Assembly: GCA_963675755.2 (NCBI GenBank)
Contig: CAXXMD010000001.1
Coordinates: 1-64,000 of the forward strand
Origin: a bacterium
GTDB taxonomy: Bacteria > Zhuqueibacterota > Zhuqueibacteria > Residuimicrobiales > Krinioviventaceae
Direction: 5' to 3'
DNA length: 64,000 nucleotides
The translations under genes and the position numbers were made by a program. This document shows, piece after piece, positions 28,709 through 40,641 of the stretch; the first letter of the stretch is position 1; each line of letters begins with the position of its first letter. The notes under the pieces are model-generated. The model did not search any database. It had not been told where the DNA came from and saw only the letters and a list, made by a program, of their open reading frames with translations.

Positions 28709-29998
28709 ATGTCATTCAAGAGTCAATTGGTGAAAGTAATTGTTCTTGTTTTACTGGTTTTGTTTACCACCAGTCCGGTATTCAGCCAGAATGCTGCAAA
28801 AGGAATCATGTCATTTTATCGGGATGTTTTTGAACAAGATGAAAAGAATTTATATGATTACCTGATAGATGAATTGATGAATTATATACAAGACCATCCT
28901 GATAGTACAGATACTGCTGAAGCATTATTACTGTTGAGTAAATCATATCAAAACAGAGGCAAAGAGTATGAGGCACTTGCTGCCAGTTTGAAATTGCTGT
29001 ATCTGTTCCCCGGGGCGGCAAACCGGCAGGAATGTATTAATTTTGCCACCAGTATTATTACCACACAGAGAAGCTTTGATTCTGATGAAGCAAAATATAC
29101 TGCGCTTGTTAATGAAACGGTAGCCGGCATTAGCCGTGCTGATCGGTTCTATGAATATCTCAACATGTTGATCAAGTTAGACGAAAAAGATTTATACGAT
29201 TGGACGATTAACTCTGCCCGATCCTTTTATTCACAGTTCCCCAATGACAGCCGTTTAGATAATGTACAAAAGTGGATAGGGGATATCTATCTAGAAAAAG
29301 GTGACGAGTGGCAGGCATCTATGAGCTATCTAAAACTGGATTATACACACCCCAATAGTCCCTTATTACCAGAAACCCGTTATTTGAAAAGTAAGATTTT
29401 GTACGAGGAATTACGCGAGTATGAACTTGCGGTACAATCTCTTGAACAAATAGCGGCTTCATGGCCCACTCATGAATATGCTGCTGCATCCCTGTTTATG
29501 ATTGGTGAGATTTATGAAAATAAATTAAAGGATTATGATAAAGCTATACTTTATTATCGTAAGCTGGTAGATATGTTTCCACAATATCCCAAATCTGTAA
29601 ATGCATTGCTCTCAATTGGTGAAATAAACGCAAAGCGATTGGACAAATACCCGGAAGCTATTGCCGCTTATAATGAATTTGTTGAAAAATACCGCTCTAA
29701 TCCTCAGGGTGTGGAAGCTTTGTTACGGGTTGCCGAGTTGTATGAAGATGAGGTTAAGGATTATACCCAGGCAGCTGCTTATTACGCTCAGGTGGCAGAG
29801 ATTTATCCCACCTATGATGACGCACCTGATTGTTTGATCAAAGCGGGTGAAATCAGTGAAGATAAGTTGGGAGATTACAAACAAGCGGTGACCTATTATC
29901 AGATGGTGTTGAACACTTTTCCTGATCATAAAAAGGCCAAAGACGCAAAAAAGAAACTGGATAAAGCTCAGGAAAATTTACCTGCGGGAACATTTTGA
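28709..29998 (+). CDS. Exported tetratricopeptide-repeat protein (BamD/CpoB-like repeats)
   Basis: Signal peptide; repeated A...Y......(Y/F)P....A..AL..(I/A)G units. Confidence 0.85.
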   Translation: MSFKSQLVKVIVLVLLVLFTTSPVFSQNAAKGIMSFYRDVFEQDEKNLYDYLIDELMNYIQDHPDSTDTAEALLLLSKSYQNRGKEYEALAASLKLLYLFPGAANRQECINFATSIITTQRSFDSDEAKYTALVNETVAGISRADRFYEYLNMLIKLDEKDLYDWTINSARSFYSQFPNDSRLDNVQKWIGDIYLEKGDEWQASMSYLKLDYTHPNSPLLPETRYLKSKILYEELREYELAVQSLEQIAASWPTHEYAAASLFMIGEIYENKLKDYDKAILYYRKLVDMFPQYPKSVNALLSIGEINAKRLDKYPEAIAAYNEFVEKYRSNPQGVEALLRVAELYEDEVKDYTQAAAYYAQVAEIYPTYDDAPDCLIKAGEISEDKLGDYKQAVTYYQMVLNTFPDHKKAKDAKKKLDKAQENLPAGTF

Positions 29999-30035
29999 TT
30001 TGAAACAATTTTGAATTCGTAAACCTTTCGATATA

Positions 30036-30059
30036 CCCGTCCGTTATATAACGGACGGG
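30036..30059. repeat. Perfect 24-bp palindrome between convergent genes (terminator- or REP-like)
   Basis: CCCGTCCGTTATATAACGGACGGG is its own reverse complement. Confidence 0.75.
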
Positions 30060-30093
30060 CACTCTTTGCAAACAAAATATTTTTTTAGAGCAA

Positions 30094-30766
30094 CTATGAA
30101 CAAAAGCCCGGCATACCTTCAATGGCATAGGCGCGAACAGAGCAGGAATCCAATCCTTTAATTGGCATGGGGGGTATAAGAGATGAAAAATATATCGTCC
30201 TGAAGTTTATCTATATTCTGCATGACTTCAAGAAACATAATATCTTGCGGCATGACGATTTCATGAATATCGCAGGCATCTTTAACAGAATGTTCAATTG
30301 CAACACCATCACCAAAACCAATACATTTTACTTTTTTCTCCGCAAACCACTCTCCTGATTCTTTGCCAAGATAGGGGCGTTTGTCATTGGGATCATTACT
30401 GAATGGTACATTGTGATAAGGACTGTCAAGAATAATTACATCACCTTCTTTAACACGGCCCTTGTCTGCTTTATCCAACATCTCTTTGGTGATGGGCGCC
30501 AGGGGATCACATTCCAGTTTTAGCAGTACTCCGCGACCGAAAAAGGCGGTAACTGGTAATTGTACAATGTCTTTCCAATCCGAATCATAATGATAGGGAG
30601 TCTCGATATGTGTTCCCAGATGAGAGGCTACCGTTACCCTGGAATGATAATCTTTGGTACTCTCTTGAAAGAACCGTTCTACCTCGCATAAACGTGTTGT
30701 ATTTTCAGGATCTACATGCAGGCTGAGATCAATAGCCCGGTATCCATTGATTGTAAATACTGACAT
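30094..30766 (-). pseudogene. Cyclase family (kynurenine formamidase-like) metal hydrolase; one extra G in run 30169-30174
   Basis: IDLS, HLGTHIETPYH; removing one G gives PMPIKGLDSCSVRAYAI ending at TAG 30096-30094. Confidence 0.8.
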
Positions 30767-30776
30767 ACTTTACCTC

Positions 30777-31829
30777 CTAAAAAATTTCCGAAAAAGGCTT
30801 GAGAACAACTTTTTCCAGATTTTTTATGCTCAAATGTTCTTTATTATTTTGAATATTACGAATGATTTCTGTAATGGTATCGTTAACCGGGGTTGCAATT
30901 CCGGTTTGTTGAGATTTTTTTGCCAAAAATCCATTTATACTTTCTACCTCGGTCATTCTGCCTTTTTCAAGGTCCTGCAGCATACTGGGTTTACCACTAC
31001 GTTGCGGTTCAAAGAATTTACGTAATTGTGCGCGCATGGCATCAGGATCGTTTTCCAATGCTGTTTTGAATACCTGCGGATCGATTCCGTTGACCTGATC
31101 TACCTGTATACCGAGTTTTTCTGCCACGGACAAGGTTTCCGCTTTTAGTGAAAGTGCTGTGTCGAGTGCTTTGGGGGTGTCAAGAATTTCACCAAAGGTG
31201 CAGCCCAATGCTGCTGAAAGTCCGCTCATGGATACATTAATTACCAGCTTTGTCCAGCGCATACCTGAAAGATTGGTAGATATCTCTACAGCACCGGCAT
31301 GTTCCAAGATGGCTTTTACAGCCAGAATTCTATCTGATATGCTGCCATCGGGTTCACCAATTTTGTAAAGCATACTGGCCGGTTCACCGGCAAGTCGTGC
31401 AACGCCCGGTGCTTCCAGACCCGCAGCCCAACCGACGATGGATCCTCCCAGGGTACGATTTTCACCAACATATGAAGCAATTTTTTCTTCAGGAACGCCG
31501 TTTTGTGTAGAGAGAACCATACTACTATCATGAAGATGGGGCAAGAGTCCGGAAAGGGCCGCATCGTCTGCTGTGCTTTTTACAGAATAGATTGCAAGAT
31601 CGTAAGGACCATTCATCTTTTCCGGGGTAACTGCGTTTACCGGAACGGTTATATCCATACCGCCTGTGATTTTAGCCCCGTTTTGATTCAGTGCATTTAC
31701 ATGATCTGTATCTACAGAAACCAGGTCAATATCATAACCTGCTTTTGCAATCAGGGCCCCAATAATAGTTCCAGTTGCTCCGGCCCCCAGTAGTACGATT
31801 TTTTTGATCTCTGGTTTGCTCACATTCAA
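30777..31829 (-). CDS. panE: 2-dehydropantoate 2-reductase (ApbA/PanE family)
   Basis: LGAGATG, VKS, QNG, WTKLVIN, SMLQDLEKGRMTEVESING. Confidence 0.85.
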   Translation of the reverse strand: MNVSKPEIKKIVLLGAGATGTIIGALIAKAGYDIDLVSVDTDHVNALNQNGAKITGGMDITVPVNAVTPEKMNGPYDLAIYSVKSTADDAALSGLLPHLHDSSMVLSTQNGVPEEKIASYVGENRTLGGSIVGWAAGLEAPGVARLAGEPASMLYKIGEPDGSISDRILAVKAILEHAGAVEISTNLSGMRWTKLVINVSMSGLSAALGCTFGEILDTPKALDTALSLKAETLSVAEKLGIQVDQVNGIDPQVFKTALENDPDAMRAQLRKFFEPQRSGKPSMLQDLEKGRMTEVESINGFLAKKSQQTGIATPVNDTITEIIRNIQNNKEHLSIKNLEKVVLKPFSEIF

Positions 31830-31850
31830 CTCCTGTATAATTTATTTTAC

Positions 31851-33249
31851 TTATTGTTGCCAGGGTATACGACCTGCCTTTTGAATATGCAGCATTAATG
31901 CTTTGAGCAGGAACTTGAACTCGGGATGCTGATCGTCAGTTATTGGATGCTGTTCAGAGGGATCATCATCCAGATTGAACAGAGCATATGGCTCAAAGGG
32001 AGAATTCTGCAAAAGCTTCCAGGGACCGCGTCTGGCTGCGTAATAATCTCTGCCGCGATAGCGGTTGTTGCCTTCACGACGCATCCAAAAAACCACGCGT
32101 TCAGGATCGCCTGCTTCTTCTTTACCCAAAAGCGCGTTGAGCATACTTTTACCTTCAATTTCGTGAGTTAGCGGTACACCGGCAGCTTCACAAAAAGTAG
32201 GAAAGAGGTCCATGGTCAGGGCTACACCTCTGCCGCTGCTACCGGGTTTAATTTTATCTTTCCAAACCGCGCACATGGGTTCACGGATACCGCCTTCGTA
32301 CATGTCTTGCTTTGCTCCACGCAGATGATGATGGTCGGGCGCCGAGGTCAACACGGCCGCCATTATCGGATGTAAATACAATGAGTGTATTGTCATACTG
32401 ATTTGAATCTTTGAGTGCCTGAATGACCCTTGCCTATGCCGGCATCGAGATGTTCAATGAGTGCAACCAGTTTAACCCGTTTGGCATCCATTTGCGGTTC
32501 ACGCTCACGGACTTTGTTCACCCATTCCTCAGGTGGTTGTATAGGGTGTATGCGGAGCATTGTAGGCCAGATAGAGAAAAAAATGGATTGGCTGTTTCTG
32601 CCCGGTTTTTTAATATAATCTGCAGACCAGTCAGAGAGAAAAGGTCAGAAGCATGGCCTTTGGGATCAATTTCTTTATCGTTCAAACGCATGTAATTGTT
32701 TCCGTGCCGGCGATGGGTATTGTAATCGTCCATCATGTCACCCAAAAAGCCGTGGAAATGGTCAAATCCGCGTTCGTTGGGAGTAGAGGGAGATTCGAGT
32801 CCCAAATGCCACTTGCCAACTATTGCAGTGTGATAATCTGCTTTTTTCAGCATTTGTGAAATCAGAACCGCATTGGGATCCAGAGAACCCCAACTGTCGT
32901 CTGCATGAGTACGGATTACACCAGGTACACCCACCAGATCGGGATAGCGTCCGGTTAACAGTGAAGCACGGGTGGGAGAGCATACGGGACAATTGGCGTA
33001 AAAGGTATCGAACCGGATACCATCCGCATACATTGCATCAATATGGGGAGTGCGCATGTCTTTTGCGCCCATAGCACCCAGATCGCCATACCCCAGGTCA
33101 TCCACCAGGATCATGAGAATATTGGGTTTGGGAGTTGATGCTTTTGAATTTTGAGTAGTACAAGCTGCAAGGCCGGTTGAAACGGCTGCTGCACCCAGTG
33201 CTGTGGATTTGAGAAACGAACGGCGGGACAAACTACTGGATTGTGACAT
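31851..33249 (-). pseudogene. Tat-exported Cys-type sulfatase, split by frameshifts (probably assembly indels)
   Basis: SRRSFLK Tat signal, PNILMILVDDLGY, CSPTR, GKWHLG, YEGGIREP, LFNLDDDPSEQ. Confidence 0.88.
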
Positions 33250-33480
33250 TTCAGGCTCCGTTTTTTTTTATTTCTAGTATAAGGAAAAATTGTGTTTGGT
33301 AAAAGGTTTTTATTGATTTCTTTTAAAAGATTTTGGATATTAACATATCGGGGTTGTTGACTGATTTAAAAGATCACAGTTTTAATCTCAATTATAATCC
33401 GTGGAATTCGAATTTTTAGAAAATCTCAAATTGATTTATTAATTATTTGTTTTGCAGTTGACATAAACTGAGGGGTCGCT

Positions 33481-34267
33481 ATGAAAATTAAAAAATATTT
33501 AATCATACCCATTCTGTTTCTGATTCTCTGGGGTTGTGAGAACAGATCTGCAATTGTGCAGCCCAATCAAGAAATGCAAACCTATCCGGCAATCAATACG
33601 GTATTGTCACAAAAAGAAATTGACAAATTGCAACGTTCATTTCTGGCAAAATATCCTGAAATGAGCACAACAACCTTTGATGAATATGGATTTTATCAGT
33701 ATGTCGCACAAAAGACCTGATACAAACGAGCCCCTTTGTATGGGATAAAACGTCAGGCCATTGATATGGCAATATCCTTTATTCTCGAAAATACTGAATT
33801 TTTCCATTTGGAAGACAAAAAAGAGTTGTTATTTGATAATGCACGCGTTTACGGCGATCAATGGATTATTACTTTGCAGCAACAGAAACAGTCGGTGTTC
33901 CGGTATATCATAATTTAATACATGTATATACAAGTTATAATGGAGTTAATGCTATCAGCGGGGGTTTTTTATCAAAACATTACAGTGCCTGAAGCACCTC
34001 CTTCTTGATCAAGAAGCCATCGCAAATAAAATTGTTGGTTATGAATTTATCTTTTATTGTTGGGGTCCTGTAAATGTAGTGTTGGATAAAGATATGATGG
34101 GCACAGAACACCAGTTGGTTTTGTATCCGTTGCGAAAGGAAAATTATCGACAGATCCATCTTGCCTGGCAGATTCCGTTGACCGTATCAAACAGCTTTGA
34201 ATTCTTGTTGTTTGTTGATGCAATTACTTTTGAGGTGTTGGCAGTTGAACCGTTGTTTATTTGCTGA
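33481..34267 (+). pseudogene. Hypothetical lipoprotein with PepSY/propeptide-like C-terminus, frameshifted
   Basis: Lipobox LWGC; fragments 33481-33720, 33736-33918, 34079-34267; LAWQI...FVDAITFEVL. Confidence 0.5.
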
Positions 34268-34294
34268 ATTAATAATTTAAGGATATAGTTTAAC

Positions 34295-35547
34295 GTGAAA
34301 AAAAATACTATTAATAATGATAACTTTTTTTATATGTTTTTACCGGTTGTTCGTTTAAACATGGCTCCATTTCCGGCATGGTAACCGGTCCTAATGGTAA
34401 AGAATTAAAAAAATCCGGGGTATTGATTGAGGGATTTACAAATTCAATCGTTCATCAGTATACTAAAAATAGCAAATTTACGTTTGACAACCTGGAACCC
34501 GGAGTTTACAAAGTCATTGTATATGGATTGCATCATGAAACAATAAATTTTATACCCATAGTGCTGGAAAAAGGAGAGAATATTAATCTGCAAATAAAAC
34601 TTGATCCCGTGTATTTAGAGACGGATGCGAGTTCTCTTGATTTAATTGTTTATGAGAAAAAGTTGGTTCCACCTAATGTTATCCCTATGCCCCAAAAGCA
34701 AGATGGTACATATGCTGCCCAAATTCCTACACCTGGCGATACTATTTATTATCAGGTGGGCGGAATATTCAAGATGAGAGATCACGATATCAATGTCGAA
34801 AAAGTAACTGCCGGAACACAAGCAAATGATTACCTGTTTGTACCGCGTTTGTTTGACCGAAATAGCGGTGCTGTTGCCTCCATTCTTGTCACTCCAAACG
34901 AGTTGACCGAGATCGTGTTTGATCCGCAGGTAATAGAAAGCGTGGAAAAGGTGGGGTCTGTCAAAGTAGTACCGGAAAACAGCCTTGCTGCAAAGGTTTG
35001 TGACAAATGGTCCCGAATCCGTAAAAAGAAACTGGATCTGGATAAAGCAAGATGGGTCAATAACGATACGTTGGATGTTGTGTATAAAAACGAGTATTAT
35101 AAATGGCTAAAGAATCAATACAAGCAGGAAAAAAATAAATTGGTGCAAGATTACCTGTTGCTGTCTATGATGGATAATGAATATTGTAAATATGATTACA
35201 GGTTTTTATACAAGAATATTCAATTAAAGCCTGGTTCGCTGGCATACAGCCTGATAGATATGGATCTGGTGGGAATTCTCGGTAGATTGTATTCATTGTC
35301 AAGGGAACCCAAAGCGATTAATGCTCTTGAAGATATTATTGAAGAAAATCCTAATCCTAACATACAGGCTCAAGTACTGTTGTATTTGGTTTCAGTATTT
35401 TATAAAACGGATAATGAACGGGCAATGGAGTATTATAAACGGCTGGTTGTTTTTTATTTTGATACACATGTGGCCCAGGAAGCCATTCGAAAATACGATC
35501 CTGAAAATAAAATAACCAAAGAGATATTAAAGAACTTTAGTATTTGA
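34295..35547 (+). CDS. Exported protein with carboxypeptidase-regulatory-like N-domain and TPR-like C-terminus (5' frameshift)
   Basis: G.VTGPNGKEL, FTFDNLEPGVYKV; GTG at 34295 begins a signal-like sequence that is out of frame with ORF 34378. Confidence 0.55.
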
Positions 35548-35673
35548 AATTTTCTGCCAGGGGAAGTTAAATTTTTTAAAAAAAATTACATATTCGGGAA
35601 TACAGTTGCAACAATTGATGTTTAAACATTTAAATTTGGAAGTAATAATGAATTTAATATAAAGGAGAACATC

Positions 35674-36526
35674 ATGAGTAAAACTGTATTAGTAACAGGA
35701 GCAACTGGAAGTCAGGGTGGTGCAGTAGCACGCGAGCTGTTAAAGAAAAAATTTAATGTACGTGCAATGACCCGTAATCCTGATGGTGAAGCGGCTAACG
35801 CACTCAAAGCTCTGGGTGCGGATATTGTTAAAGCTGATTTTGAAAATACAGAATCTTTAAAGAACGCAGTTGCAGGTGCCTGGGGAGTATTTTCAGTCCA
35901 GAATACCTGGGAAAGCGGCGCAGAAAAAGAGATAGAACATGGAATTAAACTCGCTTCTGTAGCCAAAGACGCAGGAGTTGAACACTTTGTTTATACTTCG
36001 GTGCAATCTGCTGATCGGAATACGGGTGTGCCCCATTTTGACAGCAAGTTTGAAATTGAAAAAGCAGTCAGAAAAACGGGATTCCCCTACATATACAATA
36101 TTACGTCCTGTCTTTTTTATGGACAATTACACCGGTCCCTTTTTTAAACCCGGTTTGGATGAAGGCAAGTTGACTGTAGGCATTAAACCCAATACGCCAT
36201 TGCAGGTTGTTGCTGTTGATGATATAGGTAGATATGCCGCACTTGTATTCGAAAAGAACAACGAATTTAATGGAAAAGCTCTGAGCCTTGCTGGTGATTC
36301 ATTGACCATGCCTGAAACTGTTGAAATTTTATCAGGTATAAATGGCAAGACCTTTACATTTGAGCCAACCCCCATCGAGCAGGTACGTCAGTTTAGCAGT
36401 GACTTTGCATCCATGCTCGAATGGTTTGACAGCGTTGGGTATAATGTAGATATTGATGAATTAACTCAATTAACCGGAGTCAAGCCTGTATCATTCAAAG
36501 AATGGTCTGCAAATAAAAAATGGTAA
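35674..36526 (+). pseudogene. NmrA/HSCARG family NAD(P)-binding protein, one frameshift near 36090
   Basis: VTGATGSQGG, PHFDSK, TILRPVFFMDN. Confidence 0.88.
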
Positions 36527-36546
36527 TCTTTATTACCCAATATATT

Positions 36547-36583
36547 ACGCGTGATGTGCAAATTTAACATCACGCGTTTTTTT
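36547..36583 (+). terminator. Intrinsic terminator
   Basis: ACGCGTGATGT / ACATCACGCGT followed by a T run. Confidence 0.8.
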
Positions 36584-36767
36584 GTTTTTCACTTTTTGTG
36601 AAATTTTTTTTCATTTCCTTTGGTTATGTAAAAAACCCTGGAACTGAATTTCTTTCTTATTTTTTCCCGGTAATACCTATCCTTTGATCAAGTCAATCCT
36701 TTGAAAAAATCAGGGTGTAACATCCTGGCCATTTTTATTATTGAATCATTAAACAAGGAGGTTTATT

Positions 36768-37665
36768 ATGATTCTGGTAATAGGTGCAACCGGTATGGTT
36801 GGTGGTGAAGTATGCCGCCAGTTGGCAATGGAAGCTTTGCCTGTACGCGCTATGATCAGAAATTCTTCGGACCCGGCCAAAGTCCGTGATTTAAGTGATA
36901 TGGGTGTTGAATTGGTTCGTGGGGACTTGCGGGACACATCTACTTTTGCACCTGCATTGAAAAATGTGAGTGAAGTTATTATGACCGCTTCTTCAATGCC
37001 TTTTTCGTATGTTGCAAATGTGAATGATATTGAGAATGTTGATAGAAAAGGAGTAATAAATTTTATTGACCGTGCAAAAACGCGATTATATAGAAAAATT
37101 TATTTACTTGTCTTTTTCCGGTCATCTGGATGAAGAATGCCCATTGCAAAAGGCAAAACGTGCTGTAGAAACCCATTTAAAAAAGAGTGGTATGAAATAT
37201 ACCATATTGCGGCCAAGTTTTTTTATGGAAATCTGGTTATCTGCTGCTGTAGGGTTTGATGCGGAGAATCGCCACGTTAATCTATATGGTGATGGCAATA
37301 AACCCATCAGTTATATTTCATACCGGGATGTGGCCCGGTTTGCCATTGAAAGCTTGACGAATCCCGCTGCGAAAAATGCAATTTTAGAGATCGGTGGGCC
37401 TAACCAGTTATCTCAATGGGATGCTGTGCGAATTTTTGAAGAAGTTTCGGGAGCTCATTTTGATATTGAACGGATACCACTGGATGTGCTTGAAAAAACA
37501 ACGCCTGGACGCTCAAGATCCCATGCAGAAATCATTTCCTACCTTGATGATTGATGCTGCCAAGGGGGGACCCTATTGAAATGAATGAATTGTCTAAAAA
37601 ATTCCATGTACCGTTAACTTCGGTACGTCAATTATGCCTCGGTTGTTTTGAACCGAAGACATTAA
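36768..37665 (+). pseudogene. NmrA-like / atypical SDR oxidoreductase, frameshifted (3' end approximate)
   Basis: ILVIGATGMVGG, AKRAVE.HL..SG..YTILRPSFFME, DVARFA. Confidence 0.82.
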
Positions 37666-37685
37666 GTTTGAATTGGAGGTTTTCA

Positions 37686-38609
37686 ATGAAAAGTATAAAA
37701 ATATTTTGGATTATCGTTGTTTGGATTTTATTTTTTCTGGTTTCCGGGCTACATGCAGAAACCGGTTTGAAAAGTGAAACAGCAGCCAAGCTGGATTCCA
37801 TAGCTATGGAATTTTTTACTCAGGGAGAGTTTGATAATGCAATAGAGAATTATCAAAGCGCTTTAAAAGTGGATCCAAAATATACCAGATCCTTATGGGG
37901 ATTGGCAGCCTCATATGTACTAAAAGATGAAACAAACAAGGCCATTGATATGATTTCAAATCGTCTGGACAATTGTACAGATCCGGATATGAAAATTAAT
38001 TTGAAACTGGAATTGAGCGGTTTGATGTACATAGAAAAGAAAAATGTACAGGCAAATAAGCTTTTAATGGATCTGAAAGACAATCTTGATGAGGTTCCAG
38101 AGCCCTTGGACCAATTACGACTGTTACAAACAATGGGTATGATCTGGCGTGAAGGTGGAGACATGACCCATGCTGAATTGGCCAATCAAAAGCGCTTGGA
38201 CATTGTAAAAACTGCTGATATTGCTGATTCTCTGAAATTACCTCATCATGCAAATGCTTTGTGGGACCTGGCCCATTTTGCAATAATAAGGGGAGATATG
38301 ACCAAAGCTAAAGAATGTGAAATTGCAATGCTAAATCTGGATATTGAAAATCCTGAAGAAACTTTGCCATATCAGAAAATGCAGGCCGTGTTTGCATTAT
38401 ATGGAGGACGCTATGATGAAGCTATAGAATTTTTCAAAACACAAAAAACAAATGTTGGCATGAAACGACTTGCTTTTGCATATACACAAAAAGGTGATAC
38501 TGAAATGGCAAACCAGGTCATTTCTGAATTGGCATCCAACTATCAAAGGGGAATACTTTATCTTATGATCCGTAACAACATGGTTAATGGTTTAAATCCT
38601 GTATTATAA
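37686..38609 (+). CDS. Exported TPR-containing protein
   Basis: GGAGG RBS, signal peptide, GEFDNAIENYQSALKVDP. Confidence 0.75.
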   Translation: MKSIKIFWIIVVWILFFLVSGLHAETGLKSETAAKLDSIAMEFFTQGEFDNAIENYQSALKVDPKYTRSLWGLAASYVLKDETNKAIDMISNRLDNCTDPDMKINLKLELSGLMYIEKKNVQANKLLMDLKDNLDEVPEPLDQLRLLQTMGMIWREGGDMTHAELANQKRLDIVKTADIADSLKLPHHANALWDLAHFAIIRGDMTKAKECEIAMLNLDIENPEETLPYQKMQAVFALYGGRYDEAIEFFKTQKTNVGMKRLAFAYTQKGDTEMANQVISELASNYQRGILYLMIRNNMVNGLNPVL

Positions 38610-38618
38610 AAATATCAA

Positions 38619-38660
38619 TCCACAAAAGAGCTGATTATGAAAAATTCAGCTCTTTTGTGG
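38619..38660 (+). terminator. Terminator-like hairpin
   Basis: CCACAAAAGAGCTGA / TCAGCTCTTTTGTGG. Confidence 0.7.
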
Positions 38661-38745
38661 GTAACCTGAAATTTTTTTATTGCCCTGTGTATTGAATTTG
38701 CTTATGTTAAATCATGGCAAAACACATTAATCAGGAGGTTGGGTA

Positions 38746-40334
38746 ATGAAAAAAGTATTACTGGTTTTATGCGTGTTTTTAAATTTTGCAGTTGTTCAGG
38801 CGGGTACCTCTTTTTCTGTCATGGATTATGGTGCCAAAGGAGACGGAAATACTCTGGATACCCAGGCGATCCAAAAGACAATTGATGCTGTAGCAGAGAA
38901 TGGAGGTGGTACGGTTTACCTTCCGTCAGGCACTTATTTGTCTGGTACAATTTTTTTTAAAAGTCATGTCAGTTTATATCTGGAAGCGGGTGCCACTTTA
39001 CTGGGCAGCACAAATCTGGATGATTATCCGGTAACCATATGTGAATACCGGTCTTATACGGATAATTATACCGTGCGCAGCTTGATTTATGCCGAAAAAG
39101 TTGAAAATGTTTCTATTCTGGGACGTGGTACTCTGGATGGCCAGGGTGCGGCTTTTAAAGATCGTCGTACCAAAGAAAAATCCATACAAAGATCGTCCGT
39201 ATATGATCAGAATGATTGAATGCAAGGACGTAACGGTTAGGGATATAACAATCGTCAATTCTCCCATGTGGGTACAGCACTATATTGCTTGTGATGATTT
39301 GCTGATTGACGGGATTACCGTCAGTAGTTTTGTAGCAGGAAATAATGATGGCATTGATGTTGACAGTTGTCATCGTGTTCGGATTGCCAATTGTGATATT
39401 TACAGTGGTGATGATGCTATTGTGTTAAAAGCAACATCGGCCCGTGCCTGTAAAGATGTTACGGTAACCAACTGTGTATTGTCAACACATTGTAATGCAT
39501 TCAAACTGGGTACCGAATCCAATGGCGGATTCCAGAATATCACTTTTAGTAACAGCACCGTGTTTGATACCAGGTTATCTGCCGTTGCTCTTGAAATGGT
39601 TGATGGCGGTTTGCTGGAGCGTGTAACGGTTAACAATATTGTGCTCAACAATGTGGGTAATGCAATATTTATCCGTTTTAGGGAACCGTGCACGTCCGTT
39701 TTTGTCAAAAGGTCCTGGCGGATCACAGGGAACCTGGGAACGAAAAGCCGAACTTGAACCTCCCGGTATGGGCGCGTTGCGCAAGGTTGTCATCTCGAAT
39801 ATGCAGGGAATTGATGTAGGACCTGTGGGTTGTTCCATCACCGGTTTACCCGGCTATGATGTAGAGGATGTAACCATTTCCAATATCAATCTGGAATGTG
39901 TTGGCGGCGGTACAGCTGATATGATTGATCGGGAAATTCCGGAAAAAGAAGATGCCTACCCCGAGTTCAAAATGTTTGGTGAATTGCCGGCATATGGATT
40001 TTATGTACGTCATGTTGATGATATAAAATTTGACAATATAGAGCTGACATACAAGAATGACGATGTTCGTCCTGTTTTTGTTTTTGATGATGTTAAAAAT
40101 CTGGATCTGTTTGATGTTGACGGTGAATTGGACGCAACAGCACCTGCATTTATGATTATGAATAATATTGATGGTGCTTTTGTGCATGGCAACCGTCCCA
40201 CACGAAATATGGGCGTGTTTATTAAAGCAGAATCTGCTAAAAAAGTAATGGTTATGAACAATGATTTATTGAATGTAAAAACTGTTTTGGATAAATCAGA
40301 TGCTGTGAAAAAAGAAGATATTGTAATAAAATAA
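38746..40334 (+). pseudogene. GH28 polygalacturonase-like protein, split by two frameshifts
   Basis: DYGAKGDG..LDT.AIQ, NNDGID, GDDAIVLK, KLGTES, PAYGFYVRH. Confidence 0.88.
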
Positions 40335-40349
40335 TTTGAATTTTTAGAT

Positions 40350-40434
40350 ACTGATGAAACAAAACACCCTGTCATACACGTAAAAAGAATCACATTATGA
40401 TAATGTCAGGTGGTTTTGTTTTCATCAGTTTTTA
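40350..40434 (+). repeat. Long imperfect inverted repeat (about 25-bp arms) followed by a T run
   Basis: ACTGATGAAACAAAACACCCTGTCAT / ATGTCAGGTGGTTTTGTTTTCATCAGT. Confidence 0.65.
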
Positions 40435-40452
40435 TATAAGGAGTGTGAATAA

Positions 40453-40641
40453 ATGGCTGAACCCGGATGTACAGAGTGTCCCTTTAGAGCGAAATATGAC
40501 AATAATCCCAAATCAATACTGGGCAGATTGTGGCGGTGGCATATCAATTTTTGTCCCGGATGGAAAGAGTATTTTACCAACCTGCCCGAAAATGATAGAA
40601 TTGATCTGGCAAAAAAATACAGTTTTAATAAATATCAATAA
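40453..40641 (+). CDS. Small Cys-containing hypothetical protein (CxxC...WRWH...CPGW)
   Basis: AAGGAG RBS, 62 aa. Confidence 0.75.
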   Translation: MAEPGCTECPFRAKYDNNPKSILGRLWRWHINFCPGWKEYFTNLPENDRIDLAKKYSFNKYQ

